Assembly: GCF_003838195.1 (NCBI RefSeq)
Contig: NZ_RCBY01000026.1
Coordinates: 1 to 53,507, forward strand
Length of the DNA stretch: 53,507 nucleotides
Origin: Okeania hirsuta
GTDB lineage: Bacteria > Cyanobacteriota > Cyanobacteriia > Cyanobacteriales > Microcoleaceae
Reading direction: 5' to 3'
Shown: positions 11,463-23,152 of the stretch, in pieces
How the letters are laid out: every line of letters begins with the position of its first letter
How positions within the stretch are numbered: position 1 is the stretch's first letter
Notes under the pieces: generated by a model
The model's input: the letters and a program-made list of their open reading frames with translations, nothing else
Databases searched by the model: none
Told to the model about the DNA's origin: nothing
Made by a program: the position numbers and the translations under genes

Positions 11463-12758
11463 GTGATTGAACGTTACACCTTGCCCGAAATGGGTGAACT
11501 TTGGACTGAGAATGCCAAGCTAAAAACTTGGTTACAAGTAGAAATAGCTGTCTGTGAAGCTCAGGCAGAACTTGGGTACATACCTGCTGAGGCAGTAGAA
11601 GAAATCAAGGCCAAGGCTAATTTTGACCCAAAGCGGGTTCTCGAAATTGAGGCAGAAGTCCGCCATGATGTGATTGCTTTCTTGACAAATGTGAATGAGT
11701 ATGTTGGTGATGTTGGGCGGTATATTCACTTAGGGTTGACAAGTTCTGACGTTTTGGATACTGCATTAGCATTACAGATGGTTGCGAGTCTGGATCTGTT
11801 GTTGTCATGTGTTGAAGAGTTGGGACAAGCAATTCGCTATCAGGCACAACAGCATCGGGAAACTGTGATGGTAGGTCGTTCCCATGGTATTCATGCGGAA
11901 CCTATAACTTTTGGTTTTAAGTTGGCAGGATGGTTGGCAGAAGTTTGTCGCAACCGCCAGAGATTGGTAAAAATGCGTGATAATATTGCTGTGGGTAAGA
12001 TTTCTGGAGCAGTGGGAACCTATGCAAATATTGACCCACGAGTTGAGGCGATCGCCTGCCAAAAACTGGGACTTCAACCGGATACTGCATCTACTCAAGT
12101 AATTTCACGCGATCGCCATGCTGAGTATGTGCAAACTTTAGCGTTGCTGACTGCTTCTATAGAACGTTTTGCTGTAGAAGTTCGTAACCTTCAACGTACC
12201 GATGTTTTAGAGGTTGAGGAATATTTTTCTAAGCGTCAAAAAGGCTCGAGCGCCATGCCCCACAAACGCAACCCCATTCGTTCGGAAAGGTTAACGGGAA
12301 TGGCGAGAATTGTGCGGGGTCATGCCGTTGCCGCTTTGGAAAATGTTGCTCTCTGGCACGAACGAGATATTTCCCATAGTTCTGTTGAAAGAGTGATTTT
12401 GCCGGATGCTTGCATTTTAACTCATTTTATGCTCAAAGAAACTACTAATTTAGTCAAAAATTTGTTAGTTTACCCAGAAAACATGAAGCGAAATATGAAT
12501 GTTTATGGAGGGGTAATTTTTAGTCAGCGAGTGCTTTTGGCATTAGTAGAAAAAGGCATGATTCGAGAGGATGCTTATCAAATTGTTCAGTCTTGCGCCC
12601 ATCAAGCTTGGAATCAACCAAATGGTAATTTTCAGGATTTAATTTGCAAAAATGAAGAAATTAAAAGTAAGTTATCTGAGGCAGAAATTGCAGCTTGTTT
12701 TGACCCGAAACATCATTTAAAACATTTGGATGATGTGTATCAAAGATTAGGTATTTGA
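11463..12758 (+). CDS. purB: adenylosuccinate lyase
   Basis: 431 aa. GTG start. Fumarate-lyase family signature around SSAMPHKRNP. The N-terminus is typical of PurB. Confidence 0.9.
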   Translation: MIERYTLPEMGELWTENAKLKTWLQVEIAVCEAQAELGYIPAEAVEEIKAKANFDPKRVLEIEAEVRHDVIAFLTNVNEYVGDVGRYIHLGLTSSDVLDTALALQMVASLDLLLSCVEELGQAIRYQAQQHRETVMVGRSHGIHAEPITFGFKLAGWLAEVCRNRQRLVKMRDNIAVGKISGAVGTYANIDPRVEAIACQKLGLQPDTASTQVISRDRHAEYVQTLALLTASIERFAVEVRNLQRTDVLEVEEYFSKRQKGSSAMPHKRNPIRSERLTGMARIVRGHAVAALENVALWHERDISHSSVERVILPDACILTHFMLKETTNLVKNLLVYPENMKRNMNVYGGVIFSQRVLLALVEKGMIREDAYQIVQSCAHQAWNQPNGNFQDLICKNEEIKSKLSEAEIAACFDPKHHLKHLDDVYQRLGI

Positions 12759-13073
12759 AGTTTTATTTTGAGTATGTAGAGATTTTTTCCCTTGATAGTG
12801 ACTTTCAAATGTTGAGCGATCAAGATAAGATACACCAAGAAAATACTTGGCTGTTTTTACAAGTTAGGTTGAATTATTGAAGCTATAACTTACTTATTTA
12901 TTCATACCAAATTTAACGCTATAATTTGGTGAAATTGTTTTTGGTTCTGAATTAATCAGTAATTCCAATTAAGAATTTCGGTAGCTCCTAAACTGAAGTT
13001 TCTATAAGAAAAAATCTCAATTTGTAGTTCCGCTAACTGCACCCAATTAAAGTAAGACCGGGTTGAGCGGAAC

Positions 13074-13229
13074 TATGAGTTTGGTGATAATTAGTAAAAA
13101 TTCATCACGCGCTAATCACGAAACTAATGCTCCAACAGCAACTGGTGGTGCTACTACTGCAACTATTGGAGCGATCGCTAATGCTTTACCAAGCTTACCT
13201 ATTAGTAGACTAATAAGCTTAAAAATGTA
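13074..13229 (+). CDS. hypothetical 51-aa Thr/Ala/Gly-rich peptide (weak call)
   Basis: Not in the ORF track (under 60 aa). Preceded by an imperfect stem-loop (AGTTCCGCTAA...TGAGCGGAACT) ending at the ATG. Followed by a hairpin GTTGGGTT...AACCCAAC. Confidence 0.2.
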
Positions 13230-13295
13230 GGTTGGGTTGAGCGGTAGCAAAACCCAACAAAAAGTTACTGGTTTTGAGTTTGTCTGAATCATGAG

Positions 13296-13560
13296 ATTAT
13301 TTTAGATATTCGCTATGCCACTACAAATAATTTCCTCAACCAAAAATTATACCCTGTAGCAAAATGTGCTTGAAGAAAAGAAGTAGCAGAAAAATTATCA
13401 CAAGTCCAGGCAGATTTAAAAATAATAGGATTAGGTTTAAAAGTTTATGATTGCTATCGACCTCTATCAGTGACAAAAAAGATGTGGGAAGTTTTGCCAG
13501 ATTCTTGTTATTTTGCTAATCCTGAGAAAGGTTCTCGACATAATCGTGGTGCTGCAGTTG
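13296..13560 (+). pseudogene. D-Ala-D-Ala dipeptidase (VanX-like, peptidase M15D) remnant. No start; frameshifted
   Basis: Frame 1 gives EIILDIRYATTNNFLNQKLYP then a stop. A second frame gives LKVYDCYRPLSVTKKMWEVLPDSCYFANPEKGSRHNRGAAV. Both pieces match conserved VanX blocks. Confidence 0.55.
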
Positions 13561-13818
13561 TCGTCTGCTTCTACTTGTTCCTCAATGATGCAAGTTGACC
13601 AGTTTCATAACGTGATGGCAGGTACGAGTATGGCAACGCCGTTTATTACTGGGTTGGTAGCGTTACTGTTGGAAAAGGAGCCGCAGTTAACCCCTGAAGA
13701 AATTAAGCAACGTTTGCATTCAAGTAGTTTTATTCCTGGAAAACCTGTTGGCAGTTTCGACCCAAAATGGGGTTTTGGTTTGATCGATGCTGAAAAATTA
13801 TTGACGTTGGTGAATTAG
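13513..13818 (+). pseudogene. Subtilisin-like (S8) protease C-terminal fragment
   Basis: GTSMATPFITGLVALLLE catalytic-Ser block. No Asp/His part. Overlaps and abuts the VanX remnant. Confidence 0.6.
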
Positions 13819-13855
13819 TGTATGATATTAATCTTAATTATTTTAGGAGTCAACT

Positions 13856-13918
13856 CACCCCTCGCCCCTCCCCCTCCCAGGAGGGAAATTCAGGAGTCAG
13901 GAGTCAGGAGGCATCGAA
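13856..13918. repeat. STRR array (CCCCTCG / GGAGTCA heptamers)
   Basis: Direct reading. Confidence 0.7.
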
Positions 13919-14729
13919 GGAAGAGAATTGAGAAAGATTTAGCAATGACTAAAGATATAGCAGTATGCGCTAGTATATTCACAAATTGCAGGAACTACCC
14001 AATAGATAAAAGTCTGATATAACTCCTAAGAAATAGCCTAGCTATTTGCTGATAGTATTTCTCACAAACATCGATCGTGCTTGTTATTACTAATGATATT
14101 AAATCCGGTTGAATACTTATCATATATTTGGGAGTGGGGAGTAGGAGAGTAGGGGCGAATGGCATTAGCGAACGCTCTCAGTAGATTTAGTATCCGTGCA
14201 GAGGATCGGTTTTTCCCAGGCTGCTATTAAACAAATGGACATGATATAAGTCCTAAAATATGTTTAAGAACTTATTAAGAATCTATATCAATAAAATTAA
14301 GGTTATGTTAGGTGATTTTTTGAATAAATTATAAATAATATCACCCATAAAAAAAAGGATTGTGCATGATGAACATTTCTTGCTACTAGGACTACTAAAC
14401 TAATTGTTTCTTATATATCTCCTAGATTTTCCTGCTATTTCTTACTTGCTCTCCAACCCCAACTCAATTGATGTAACAGATACCCCTTAATAAAACTTCA
14501 TATTTTATTGTTGATAAAAAATATTAATTGTGTTCAAATAAAATTATTGATAATAAAGCTCAATTATAGTAGTCCTATTTCCGCTATGTAGAAAATATCC
14601 AACAGAGCAAAGGTATAAGGAATAATCATCATCAAAATTTTTATTCTACTTTGGGATTTTTACAAATTATTTAGGACTGCTATAGAGCCTTCTTTAACTG
14701 ATCTTCATCAGACTGAGGACCAAATCTCT

Positions 14730-15581
14730 ATGCAAACACTTGGCAATTACGAGCAAAAACTAATATTACTACCTCATCTAGCAACATTAGGTATTGGTAT
14801 CGAAGCAGGGGTACAAACAATCGACACCTATCCCTACTATGTCATCGGTATGCTGCATCTCATCAGTTCTGCTGTTTTGGGAGCAGGAGGTATCTACCAT
14901 GCAGTTTTAGGGCCGAAACAGCTTGATGAGAAAGGTTTTGGCTACGACTGGGAAGATGGCAACAAGATGACTACTATTTTGGGTATTCATCTAGTGCTGT
15001 TGGGGGTGGGAGCATCTCTATTGGTCATTAAAGCAACGGTTTTAGGTGGTATTTACGATCCACTAATAGAACAAGTAAGGTTAATACAGCCTAATCTCGA
15101 TCCCGTAAGAATTTTCGGTTATCTGTTTGGCTTTAGTCCTAATGGTTGGACAATTACTGGCATGGCTAGCGTAGATAATCTCGAAGATGTGGTCGGTGGT
15201 CATGTCTGGGTGAGCCTACTCTGCACTGTTGGTGGTCTATTTCACATTATTTCCAAACCTACGGGTTGGGCAAAACAAATACTAATTTGGTCCGGAGAGG
15301 CTTACTTGTCTTACAGTTTAGGGGCACTTGCGATCGCAGGATTTAGCGTAGCTGTCTTTATCTCCACCAACGAAACTGTTTATCCTAGCGTGTTTTATAG
15401 TCCTATTGGCAGCGACTCTGTGCGAACTGCTCTTGCTACCGTTCATGCTGGATTAGGTTTCCTAGCTTTGCTCGGACATTTATGGCACGCTTACCGAGCG
15501 CGAGCTGCTACTCGTAAAGTATTTTATGGAACGTTCTTTGACTTTATGGCTAAGAATGTTACACCTATTACACCTGCTTGA
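14730..15581 (+). CDS. CP43'/IsiA-like chlorophyll-binding protein lacking transmembrane helix I
   Basis: 283 aa. Begins [10 protein letters not shown] then goes directly into [13 protein letters not shown] (helix II region). No helix-I sequence in any frame upstream. Confidence 0.6.
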   Translation: MQTLGNYEQKLILLPHLATLGIGIEAGVQTIDTYPYYVIGMLHLISSAVLGAGGIYHAVLGPKQLDEKGFGYDWEDGNKMTTILGIHLVLLGVGASLLVIKATVLGGIYDPLIEQVRLIQPNLDPVRIFGYLFGFSPNGWTITGMASVDNLEDVVGGHVWVSLLCTVGGLFHIISKPTGWAKQILIWSGEAYLSYSLGALAIAGFSVAVFISTNETVYPSVFYSPIGSDSVRTALATVHAGLGFLALLGHLWHAYRARAATRKVFYGTFFDFMAKNVTPITPA

Positions 15582-15630
15582 ATAGAAGTCAAAATCTAAG
15601 TTCAATCATTATATAAGGAGAACAATAGTA

Positions 15631-16659
15631 ATGACTGTCGTAACTGATGAGAATCTGCAAATCCCTTGGCGGGCAGGTAATGCTCGGCTTGTTAACCTAT
15701 CTGGTAAGCTATTGGGCGCTCATGTAGCCCATGCTGGCTTAATTGTACTCTGGGCTGGAGCTATTACTTTGTTTGAAGTTGCCAACTTTGATTCCTCCCT
15801 ACCAATGTACGAACAGGGCTTAATTGTACTGCCTAATCTAGCCCGCTTGGGATTTGGAGTTGGTGAAGGAGGTGTCATTGATACCTACCCCTACTTTGTG
15901 ATTGGGGTACTGCATTTGATTAGTTCGGCGTTTTTAGGAGCAGGTGGTATATTCCACGCTCTCAGAGGTCCAGCCAAACTAGAAGACAAATTTTCCTTCT
16001 TTGGCTATAGCTGGGATAATCCAGGTAAAATGACAACTATTCTAGGTATACATTTAGTCTTATTAGGAATCGGAGCATTTTTACTTGTAGCAAAAGCGAT
16101 TGCATTTGGAGGGTTATACGATCCAGTAGTTCAAAATGTACGAGTAATATCAAGTCCCACTCTAAATCCTACTACCATTTTCGGCTACTTCTTCGGTACA
16201 GAAGGACGTTTCTGGCTGGCTGGTGTTAACTCTTTAGAAGATGTAGTAGGCGGTCACATTTGGATTGGTGCTATCTGCATTTTGGGTGGTATCTGGCATA
16301 TTCGCACCGTACCCTTTGACTGGGCTAAAGGCTTATTTGTCTGGTCAGGAGAAGCATATTTGTCTTACAGTATTGGCGCAGTCAGCTTAATGGCATTTGT
16401 CGCAACATTGTTTGTGTCCGTTAACTCCCTGGTATTTCCCACAGAATTTTTCGGACCAACTTTGACTCTGGTGTTCGATCGCTTTCCTGTGTTTGTTAGT
16501 ACTGATGGAGCCTTGACTGCAAGAGTATGGTTGGCAAATGCTCACTTCTGGTTAGGATTTTTCTTCCTGCAAGGACATATATTCCACGCCCTCCGGGCAG
16601 CAGGTTATAGCTTCACCGAAGGCAGAGTAGTCACATTTACAAGAGGTCAAGTAAGCTAG
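15631..16659 (+). CDS. isiA: iron-stress chlorophyll-binding protein IsiA (CP43')
   Basis: 342 aa. Full six-helix CP43' pattern ([32 protein letters not shown]...). Confidence 0.85.
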   Translation: MTVVTDENLQIPWRAGNARLVNLSGKLLGAHVAHAGLIVLWAGAITLFEVANFDSSLPMYEQGLIVLPNLARLGFGVGEGGVIDTYPYFVIGVLHLISSAFLGAGGIFHALRGPAKLEDKFSFFGYSWDNPGKMTTILGIHLVLLGIGAFLLVAKAIAFGGLYDPVVQNVRVISSPTLNPTTIFGYFFGTEGRFWLAGVNSLEDVVGGHIWIGAICILGGIWHIRTVPFDWAKGLFVWSGEAYLSYSIGAVSLMAFVATLFVSVNSLVFPTEFFGPTLTLVFDRFPVFVSTDGALTARVWLANAHFWLGFFFLQGHIFHALRAAGYSFTEGRVVTFTRGQVS

Positions 16660-16661
16660 TT

Positions 16662-19436
16662 ATGACTGTAACTAAATCAAATCCATTAAAGTTTTTAGGC
16701 TTTTCCACAGATAATAATGTTGATGTTGCGAACTATGTTAGTGATTCCCAAGAACCTTATTCTTGGTGGGCAGGTAATTTTCGCTTTGTTAACTTGTCTG
16801 GAAAATTATTGGGAGCGCACATTGCTCATGCAGGGTTGATCGTACTCTGGGCTGGAGCAATGACTCTGTTTGAGCTATCAAAATTCGATCCTAGTCTAGC
16901 CATGTACGACCAAGGACTGATTTTGCTGCCCCACATGGCGACTCTGGGTATAGGGGTTGGCGCAAATGGTGAAATTATTGATACTTATCCCTACTTTGCT
17001 ATTGGTGTTATCCATCTCGTTAGTTCAGCAATTCTAGGCGCTGGTGGCATTTTCCATGCCGTGCTTGGACCTGACAAACTTGATGAAAAGGGATTTGGCT
17101 ATCAGTGGAATGATGGCAAGAAAATGACTACTATCCTTGGTATTCATCTACTGCTACTGGGGATGGGAGCATTTTTGCTAGTAGCCAAAGCTATGTATTT
17201 TGATGGTTTGTATGACCCGGCGATCGCCAATGTGCGACTGATTACTGAACCCACTCTCAACCCACAGACTATCTTCGGTTACCTCGTCGGTATCACCCCT
17301 GATGGCTGGACGTTGAAGGGTATGGCTGCTGTCAACTCTTTAGAAGATGTAATAGGCGGTCACATTTGGATTGGTAGTATCTGTATTCTGGGTGGTCTCT
17401 GGCATATTAATACTGCTCCTACAAAATGGGCTAAGGGTCTTTTTGTCTGGTCGGGAGAGGCATATCTTGCCTATAGTCAGGCAGCTCTGGCTTATATGGG
17501 TTTTTTCGCAGCCTACTTTGTCTGGGTGAATGATACAGTCTATCCTTCAGTATTTTATGGTCCTGTAGGTGTGACTAATGTTGATGGTACAATCACTCCT
17601 CGCACCTGGCTGATGTTGTTCCAACTCATCTTTGCCTGTCTGCTACTGGCAGGTCACTTTTGGCATGGTCTCAGAGCTAGAGCGATCGCCAGTGGATTTG
17701 TCTTCAGTAATATGAAGTTCAATCCCGGTGCCCTCTATGGAGACACTCAGTTTAATAACGAATCTCTAGTGACTGGTATTGTACAGCCTTTCCAGAACAA
17801 TCCTCAATTGGGTAATTTGGCAACCCCAATTAATTCCAGTCAGCTTACCATCACTTGGGTTAAGAACTTGCCAATTTACCGCAATGGTTTATCTCCTATT
17901 GCACGGGGTCTAGAAATTGGCATGGCTCATGGCTACCTATTATTAGGGCCTTTTCTCAAGCTCGGACCATTGCGTAACACCGACCAAGCTCTTCTGGCTG
18001 GAGGTGGTAGTGCATCTGGCTTAGTAGTGATTTTAAGTATCTGTCTGTTTGTTTATGGGGCTGGAGCAATGACTCTGTTTGAGCTATCAAAATTCGATCC
18101 TAGTCTAGCCATGTACGACCAAGGACTGATTTTGCTGCCCCACATGGCGACTCTGGGTATAGGGGTTGGCGCAAATGGTGAAATTATTGATACTTATCCC
18201 TACTTTGCTATTGGTGTTATCCATCTCGTTAGTTCAGCAATTCTAGGCGCTGGTGGCATTTTCCATGCCGTGCTTGGACCTGACAAACTTGATGAAAAGG
18301 GATTTGGCTATCAGTGGAATGATGGCAAGAAAATGACTACTATCCTTGGTATTCATCTACTGCTACTGGGGATGGGAGCATTTTTGCTAGTAGCCAAAGC
18401 TATGTATTTTGATGGTTTGTATGACCCGGCGATCGCCAATGTGCGACTGATTACTGAACCCACTCTCAACCCACAGACTATCTTCGGTTACCTCGTCGGT
18501 ATCACCCCTGATGGCTGGACGTTGAAGGGTATGGCTGCTGTCAACTCTTTAGAAGATGTAATAGGCGGTCACATTTGGATTGGTAGTATCTGTATTCTGG
18601 GTGGTCTCTGGCATATTAATACTGCTCCTACAAAATGGGCTAAGGGTCTTTTTGTCTGGTCGGGAGAGGCATATCTTGCCTATAGTCAGGCAGCTCTGGC
18701 TTATATGGGTTTTTTCGCAGCCTACTTTGTCTGGGTGAATGATACAGTCTATCCTTCAGTATTTTATGGTCCTGTAGGTGTGACTAATGTTGATGGTACA
18801 ATCACTCCTCGCACCTGGCTGATGTTGTTCCAACTCATCTTTGCCTGTCTGCTACTGGCAGGTCACTTTTGGCATGGTCTCAGAGCTAGAGCGATCGCCA
18901 GTGGATTTGTCTTCAGTAATATGAAGTTCAATCCCGGTGCCCTCTATGGAGACACTCAGTTTAATAACGAATCTCTAGTGACTGGTATTGTACAGCCTTT
19001 CCAGAACAATCCTCAATTGGGTAATTTGGCAACCCCAATTAATTCCAGTCAGCTTACCATCACTTGGGTTAAGAACTTGCCAATTTACCGCAATGGTTTA
19101 TCTCCTATTGCACGGGGTCTAGAAATTGGCATGGCTCATGGCTACCTATTATTAGGGCCTTTTCTCAAGCTCGGACCATTGCGTAACACCGACCAAGCTC
19201 TTCTGGCTGGAGGTGGTAGTGCATCTGGCTTAGTAGTGATTTTAAGTATCTGTCTGTTTGTTTATGGGGCGGTAGTGTTTCAAGGTTCTAGAGAACCAAG
19301 AGGCGTTTTACCGGAGAACCTACAAACTTATCAGGAATGGAGTTTGTTTACCTCTGGTTTTCTCATTGGAGGACTAGGCGGTGTAGTTTTTGCCTGCTTT
19401 ATCCTTATAGAAATCGGGCGAGCGGGAATTTTGTAA
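16662..19436 (+). CDS. IsiA-PsaL fusion protein with an internal in-frame tandem duplication of 403 aa
   Basis: CP43'-like domain followed by a PsaL-like domain (NLATPINSS...[36 protein letters not shown]). Residues from GAMTLFEL to FVYGA occur twice, identical. Confidence 0.75.
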   Translation: MTVTKSNPLKFLGFSTDNNVDVANYVSDSQEPYSWWAGNFRFVNLSGKLLGAHIAHAGLIVLWAGAMTLFELSKFDPSLAMYDQGLILLPHMATLGIGVGANGEIIDTYPYFAIGVIHLVSSAILGAGGIFHAVLGPDKLDEKGFGYQWNDGKKMTTILGIHLLLLGMGAFLLVAKAMYFDGLYDPAIANVRLITEPTLNPQTIFGYLVGITPDGWTLKGMAAVNSLEDVIGGHIWIGSICILGGLWHINTAPTKWAKGLFVWSGEAYLAYSQAALAYMGFFAAYFVWVNDTVYPSVFYGPVGVTNVDGTITPRTWLMLFQLIFACLLLAGHFWHGLRARAIASGFVFSNMKFNPGALYGDTQFNNESLVTGIVQPFQNNPQLGNLATPINSSQLTITWVKNLPIYRNGLSPIARGLEIGMAHGYLLLGPFLKLGPLRNTDQALLAGGGSASGLVVILSICLFVYGAGAMTLFELSKFDPSLAMYDQGLILLPHMATLGIGVGANGEIIDTYPYFAIGVIHLVSSAILGAGGIFHAVLGPDKLDEKGFGYQWNDGKKMTTILGIHLLLLGMGAFLLVAKAMYFDGLYDPAIANVRLITEPTLNPQTIFGYLVGITPDGWTLKGMAAVNSLEDVIGGHIWIGSICILGGLWHINTAPTKWAKGLFVWSGEAYLAYSQAALAYMGFFAAYFVWVNDTVYPSVFYGPVGVTNVDGTITPRTWLMLFQLIFACLLLAGHFWHGLRARAIASGFVFSNMKFNPGALYGDTQFNNESLVTGIVQPFQNNPQLGNLATPINSSQLTITWVKNLPIYRNGLSPIARGLEIGMAHGYLLLGPFLKLGPLRNTDQALLAGGGSASGLVVILSICLFVYGAVVFQGSREPRGVLPENLQTYQEWSLFTSGFLIGGLGGVVFACFILIEIGRAGIL
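16852..19269 (+). repeat. Perfect direct tandem duplication, 2 x 1209 bp, inside the isiA-psaL ORF
   Basis: 16852-18060 is identical to 18061-19269 in my read. Sequence diverges after GTTTATGGGG. Confidence 0.85.
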
Positions 19437-19646
19437 CTTTGTTTGCTTGAGCAGGGGAAGAAGGGCAGAAGTTAATATTCCTAATTTTTATCAGGAAAGG
19501 CAGAAGGCAGGAGGCAGTAGGCAGAAGGGAATTCTGACTCGCCTGTTACCTTTAGGGGAACAAGGGTATAAAAACCCCATCCAATTGTTCCTTCTGCCCT
19601 CTGCTCTCAGCATAGCTGCCTTAGTTCATCGGATATTTACTATGTT

Positions 19647-19772
19647 TCCTGCTCTATAAAACTGACACAAAGCTTCACATAACGTGACAAATTGATGTTT
19701 ACTTCCTGCTTCTTGTGAGGCCGTCGGCGGTTACTCATCCACAGGCATTGACGGTCAAGCCAACCGCATCTG
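19647..19772 (+). repeat. Dispersed ~125-bp repeat (copy 1 of 2): CCTGCTCTATAAAACTGA...GGCCGTCGGCGGTTACTCATCCACAGGCATTGACGG...
   Basis: About 85% identical to 48010-48134 in the same orientation. Confidence 0.7.
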
Positions 19773-20346
19773 TTGAGTCTATACCTACATTTAAGTCTTT
19801 GTCAATCAACATCAGAAAAAATCCTCAAACCCTGACTGCGCCCTTCCTAGTAGGGAGCGGGATTTCTTCTGAGGTCTATGTCTATATAGATAGACCAAAG
19901 AAATGTTTAAGTCGCGATTAGTGCAGAAGATACAAAGCGTCACCATCGTTACTACTTGCCTGTGAGAACTAGCGTATTATTTCGCGCTCCGTATCGCAAA
20001 TTGTTAACTAAGTCGAAACTCTCCTGCTTCAGTTAACAGCTCAAAAATGTTTTGACAACTCTATTACCTAGAAGTTGTTTGTAAATAATTATAAAGTGTT
20101 TTTACTCCTCACCAATTTATAACTCTCTGATAATTAATCTCAAACCCTTGTACTACCTGGGCAAAAACTTCACTTCTGGAGATGTATATTGAGTATTTCA
20201 GAGTACAAAGTTTGGAATAAATAACTAAATTAAAGGTGTTCCTTTACCTTACAAAAATTTACAAACAGTCTCTTTGGAATTTTTAGGTAATTCACTCTAT
20301 GATATAGTCGAATCTTATAATTTTTAGTTTTTACAGGATTTTATCA

Positions 20347-21060
20347 ATGACAATTCCTTTAATGTACTACCCACTCTCTAGTCAAAACCATCGGGTTCAA
20401 AAATTTGATGTTCCAGGAGATGAATATCCTAAACAATACACTTTAGAGAACCTGCCTACTGCTACAGAGATGGATGAGATTATCTGGGCAGCCTATCGGC
20501 AAATTTTCAATGAGCAGCAAATGATCGCAGCACATCGACAGGTTGCTCTGGAGTCCCAACTGCGCAATGGTCAGATTACAATGAAAGATTTCATTCAAGG
20601 TTTGTTGCTTTCTGAGTCATTCCGGCGACTGATCTATGATAGCAACAGTAACTATCGTTGTGTTGAGCTTTGTATTCAAAGGGTTTTAGGACGTCCTGTC
20701 TATAACAATCAAGAGAAACTTGCCTGGTCTATTGTATTGGCAACAAAAGGACTTCAGGGTTTTGTCAATGACCTGTTAAACAGCGAAGAATATGACAAGT
20801 ATTTTGGCTATAACTTTGTTCCCTATCAACGTTGCCGAATTTTACCCCAACGCACTCAGGGAGAGTTACCTTTTGCTCGAATGGCTCGTTACGACAGCTA
20901 TTACCTAGAGCAGTTATATCAAACAGGGCAACTACGGAAATTTTATCCAGGTATGTTAGATAGTAGCGCTCGTGCTTATCGCAAAGCTCTATCATTTGTG
21001 GGAATACTCTCTGTAGCAGTGTTATTAGTTACTCTGATTCTAGTACTTTCGCCCAAATAA
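20347..21060 (+). CDS. cpcG: phycobilisome rod-core linker CpcG family with a hydrophobic C-terminal tail (CpcL-like)
   Basis: PBS-linker domain pattern. C-terminal LSFVGILSVAVLLVTLILVLS membrane anchor, as in the CpcL/CpcG2 type. Confidence 0.7.
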   Translation: MTIPLMYYPLSSQNHRVQKFDVPGDEYPKQYTLENLPTATEMDEIIWAAYRQIFNEQQMIAAHRQVALESQLRNGQITMKDFIQGLLLSESFRRLIYDSNSNYRCVELCIQRVLGRPVYNNQEKLAWSIVLATKGLQGFVNDLLNSEEYDKYFGYNFVPYQRCRILPQRTQGELPFARMARYDSYYLEQLYQTGQLRKFYPGMLDSSARAYRKALSFVGILSVAVLLVTLILVLSPK

Positions 21061-21313
21061 TATCAATAATCAGGACTTAGGCAAAATATGAAATCATACA
21101 CCATCTGTAGTTAAAATTGTACTTTTCCTCTACTATATGTGGTAATTATGCGTAAGCCCTGTAATAAATGTAACATTATGACAAACATCACAAAAACTTA
21201 CATATCTACTTCACTCGATCGACACCAAAAAATCACGGTTGGTTGTACCATTAATCACTACCAAATCAGGAAAAAGAGTGGATGATTAAAATATAGAATT
21301 CAAGGTTAATCTT

Positions 21314-21508
21314 ATGCTTCAAATTAACTTACTTCCCGGTGCAATCAACGAAATTATGGCTTCTGCTGCCAAAAGTGGCTTTCTCACAAAATTAGACTGC
21401 TATGGCCTCATGGCTGCTGTATTAGACGATTCTCTAAGCACAGAAGATCGTTCTACTGTTAAGCGACTTTCATATTTTGTACTCAGAGGATGGGTACGAG
21501 TAGAGTAG
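21314..21508 (+). CDS. hypothetical 64-aa protein (weak call)
   Basis: ORF only. Confidence 0.2.
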   Translation: MLQINLLPGAINEIMASAAKSGFLTKLDCYGLMAAVLDDSLSTEDRSTVKRLSYFVLRGWVRVE

Positions 21509-21599
21509 ACATAGAGTTGGCGATCGATACTTTGTCTAAATGTTATGCCTCAACAAATTCATCAGGAAATGCTTACCTTCTTCCTTCTTCCTTCTTTTC

Positions 21600-22520
21600 C
21601 TAAAACAAAAAAATCATCCGAATAATTCCCACAGTAATAGTGTCATTATCTTCATCATGTTCGGGATTAATAACTACTAAAACTCCCGGATTAATTGAAA
21701 TATTGTCATTAATTTGATAACGATAAAAACCCTCTAAATGCCAAGCTGTATCATCATCATCTGGACCATTATCAGTATCAGTTACTTTAGGTGGATTTCC
21801 AATTACAAAACCAAGCAAACTTCCCTGTTTACCTAAGTCAGTAAATCCTAAAGTAACTGCCCAATTAAAAATAGTTGCTTCATCTCCTTCCTTAACAAGA
21901 CCAACAGATTTTTCAGCATCAGCAAAACTCCATCCAGTCCAACCGGAAACTGTGAAATTATTCAAAGCACGCCAACTTCCTTGAATACCTAAATGATCTG
22001 CGGAAGTGGGAACTAAATTACCAAAGGGTGCATTTGCTCTTCTACTACCTGTTGCTGCTGAGACAAATAACTTTCTTTTTGGATAGTAAGAACGTACATA
22101 AGTAACGCCAAAACGGAGGCGATCGCTTGGTCGAATATCTAGTTGTGCTAAACCTGCATTACTACCATTAAAAAATCCATTACTTTCTGTTGGGTTTTCC
22201 GGATCTCTTGCTAAATATCCTAATGATAAACTGACCGATTTATTAATATTATAAACAACTGTTACTCCAGCACCTCGTGCCCCTTGAGCATAGATAGGAT
22301 TGAAGCGTCCAAACCTAGAAATTGCCCCTGATATTCTCTTTGCAAAAAGTCTGTTGAAGTTATCAGAAACATTCATATTAAACCTACCACCAATAGCATC
22401 AACATGAACTCTAAATTTTTTCCCAATGGGAAAACGATAGAATAATTTACCAATATCAACAGTATTATTAGTATTTCTTTGAAACGCTAAACGAGTCATA
22501 TTTGTTCCAGTTATTGGCAC
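21600..22520 (-). pseudogene. OprB-family cyanobacterial porin, beta-barrel part only (N-terminally truncated)
   Basis: TRLAFQRN...LFYRFPIGKKFRVHV...GAISRFGRFNP blocks. Ends in an aromatic C-terminal residue (F). No SLH or coiled-coil N-terminal region. Confidence 0.55.
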
Positions 22521-22608
22521 TCCATAGGCAACTATCCTCTACAATCAATTTGGCTCACTTCCTGAAGTTACACCTTTTCTAGATGGGATTAAACCAGTTG
22601 TTCTATCC

Positions 22609-22962
22609 TTAATTTTTAGGTGGTACTCCTTGCAAAGCAGTAATCAGAGGTCTGACCGCTCGACTAATCAAAGGTTTTATACCAGCTATTATTCCGAGGA
22701 AACTGCCACTTAATGTTGCTATTGTGAAGCCACTAATTGCATTTAAACTAGTAGTTAAAATAGCTAAAGTTAATTTATTTGCCGTTGCCAAATTTTTCAG
22801 AGCGACTAGAGTTTCTAGAGGAGAAGGTAGAATGATTGAACTATAGTGCATTGCTAGTAGTTGCCATATAGTTATAAATCCTAAAAAGCCGATTAATTCA
22901 GGTAAAATAACTTGAATTAGTTTGAATATATTTTTATCAAATTTATCAGATTGAATCATCAA
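22609..22962 (-). pseudogene. ABC transporter permease (NrtB/SsuC/TauC type), N-terminal 117 aa only
   Basis: ILPSPLETL and SGFTIATLSGSFLGIIAG permease blocks. Ends ...QGVPPKN* where the conserved permease loop should continue. Confidence 0.55.
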
Positions 22963-22988
22963 CTTGACTATGTTATTTTAAACTTGAA

Positions 22989-23152
22989 CAGGACTTACGC
23001 AAAGACACTATATATAGCGTTTACCAATTTAGGCGATTGCTGACGCAAAGCTCCGCTAACGCTTAAAAAATCAAGTGCGATCGCCTCAAGATTTTGGGCA
23101 TTTTTCAAACAAGAGTAAAAACACTTAATATAGTGTCCTTGCGTAAGTCCTG
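22989..23152. mobile_element. MITE, 164 bp, with 25-bp terminal inverted repeats CAGGACTTACGCAAAGACACTATAT
   Basis: Both TIRs read directly. Same family as 25174-25448 and the partial copies at 5601 and 5943. Confidence 0.8.
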
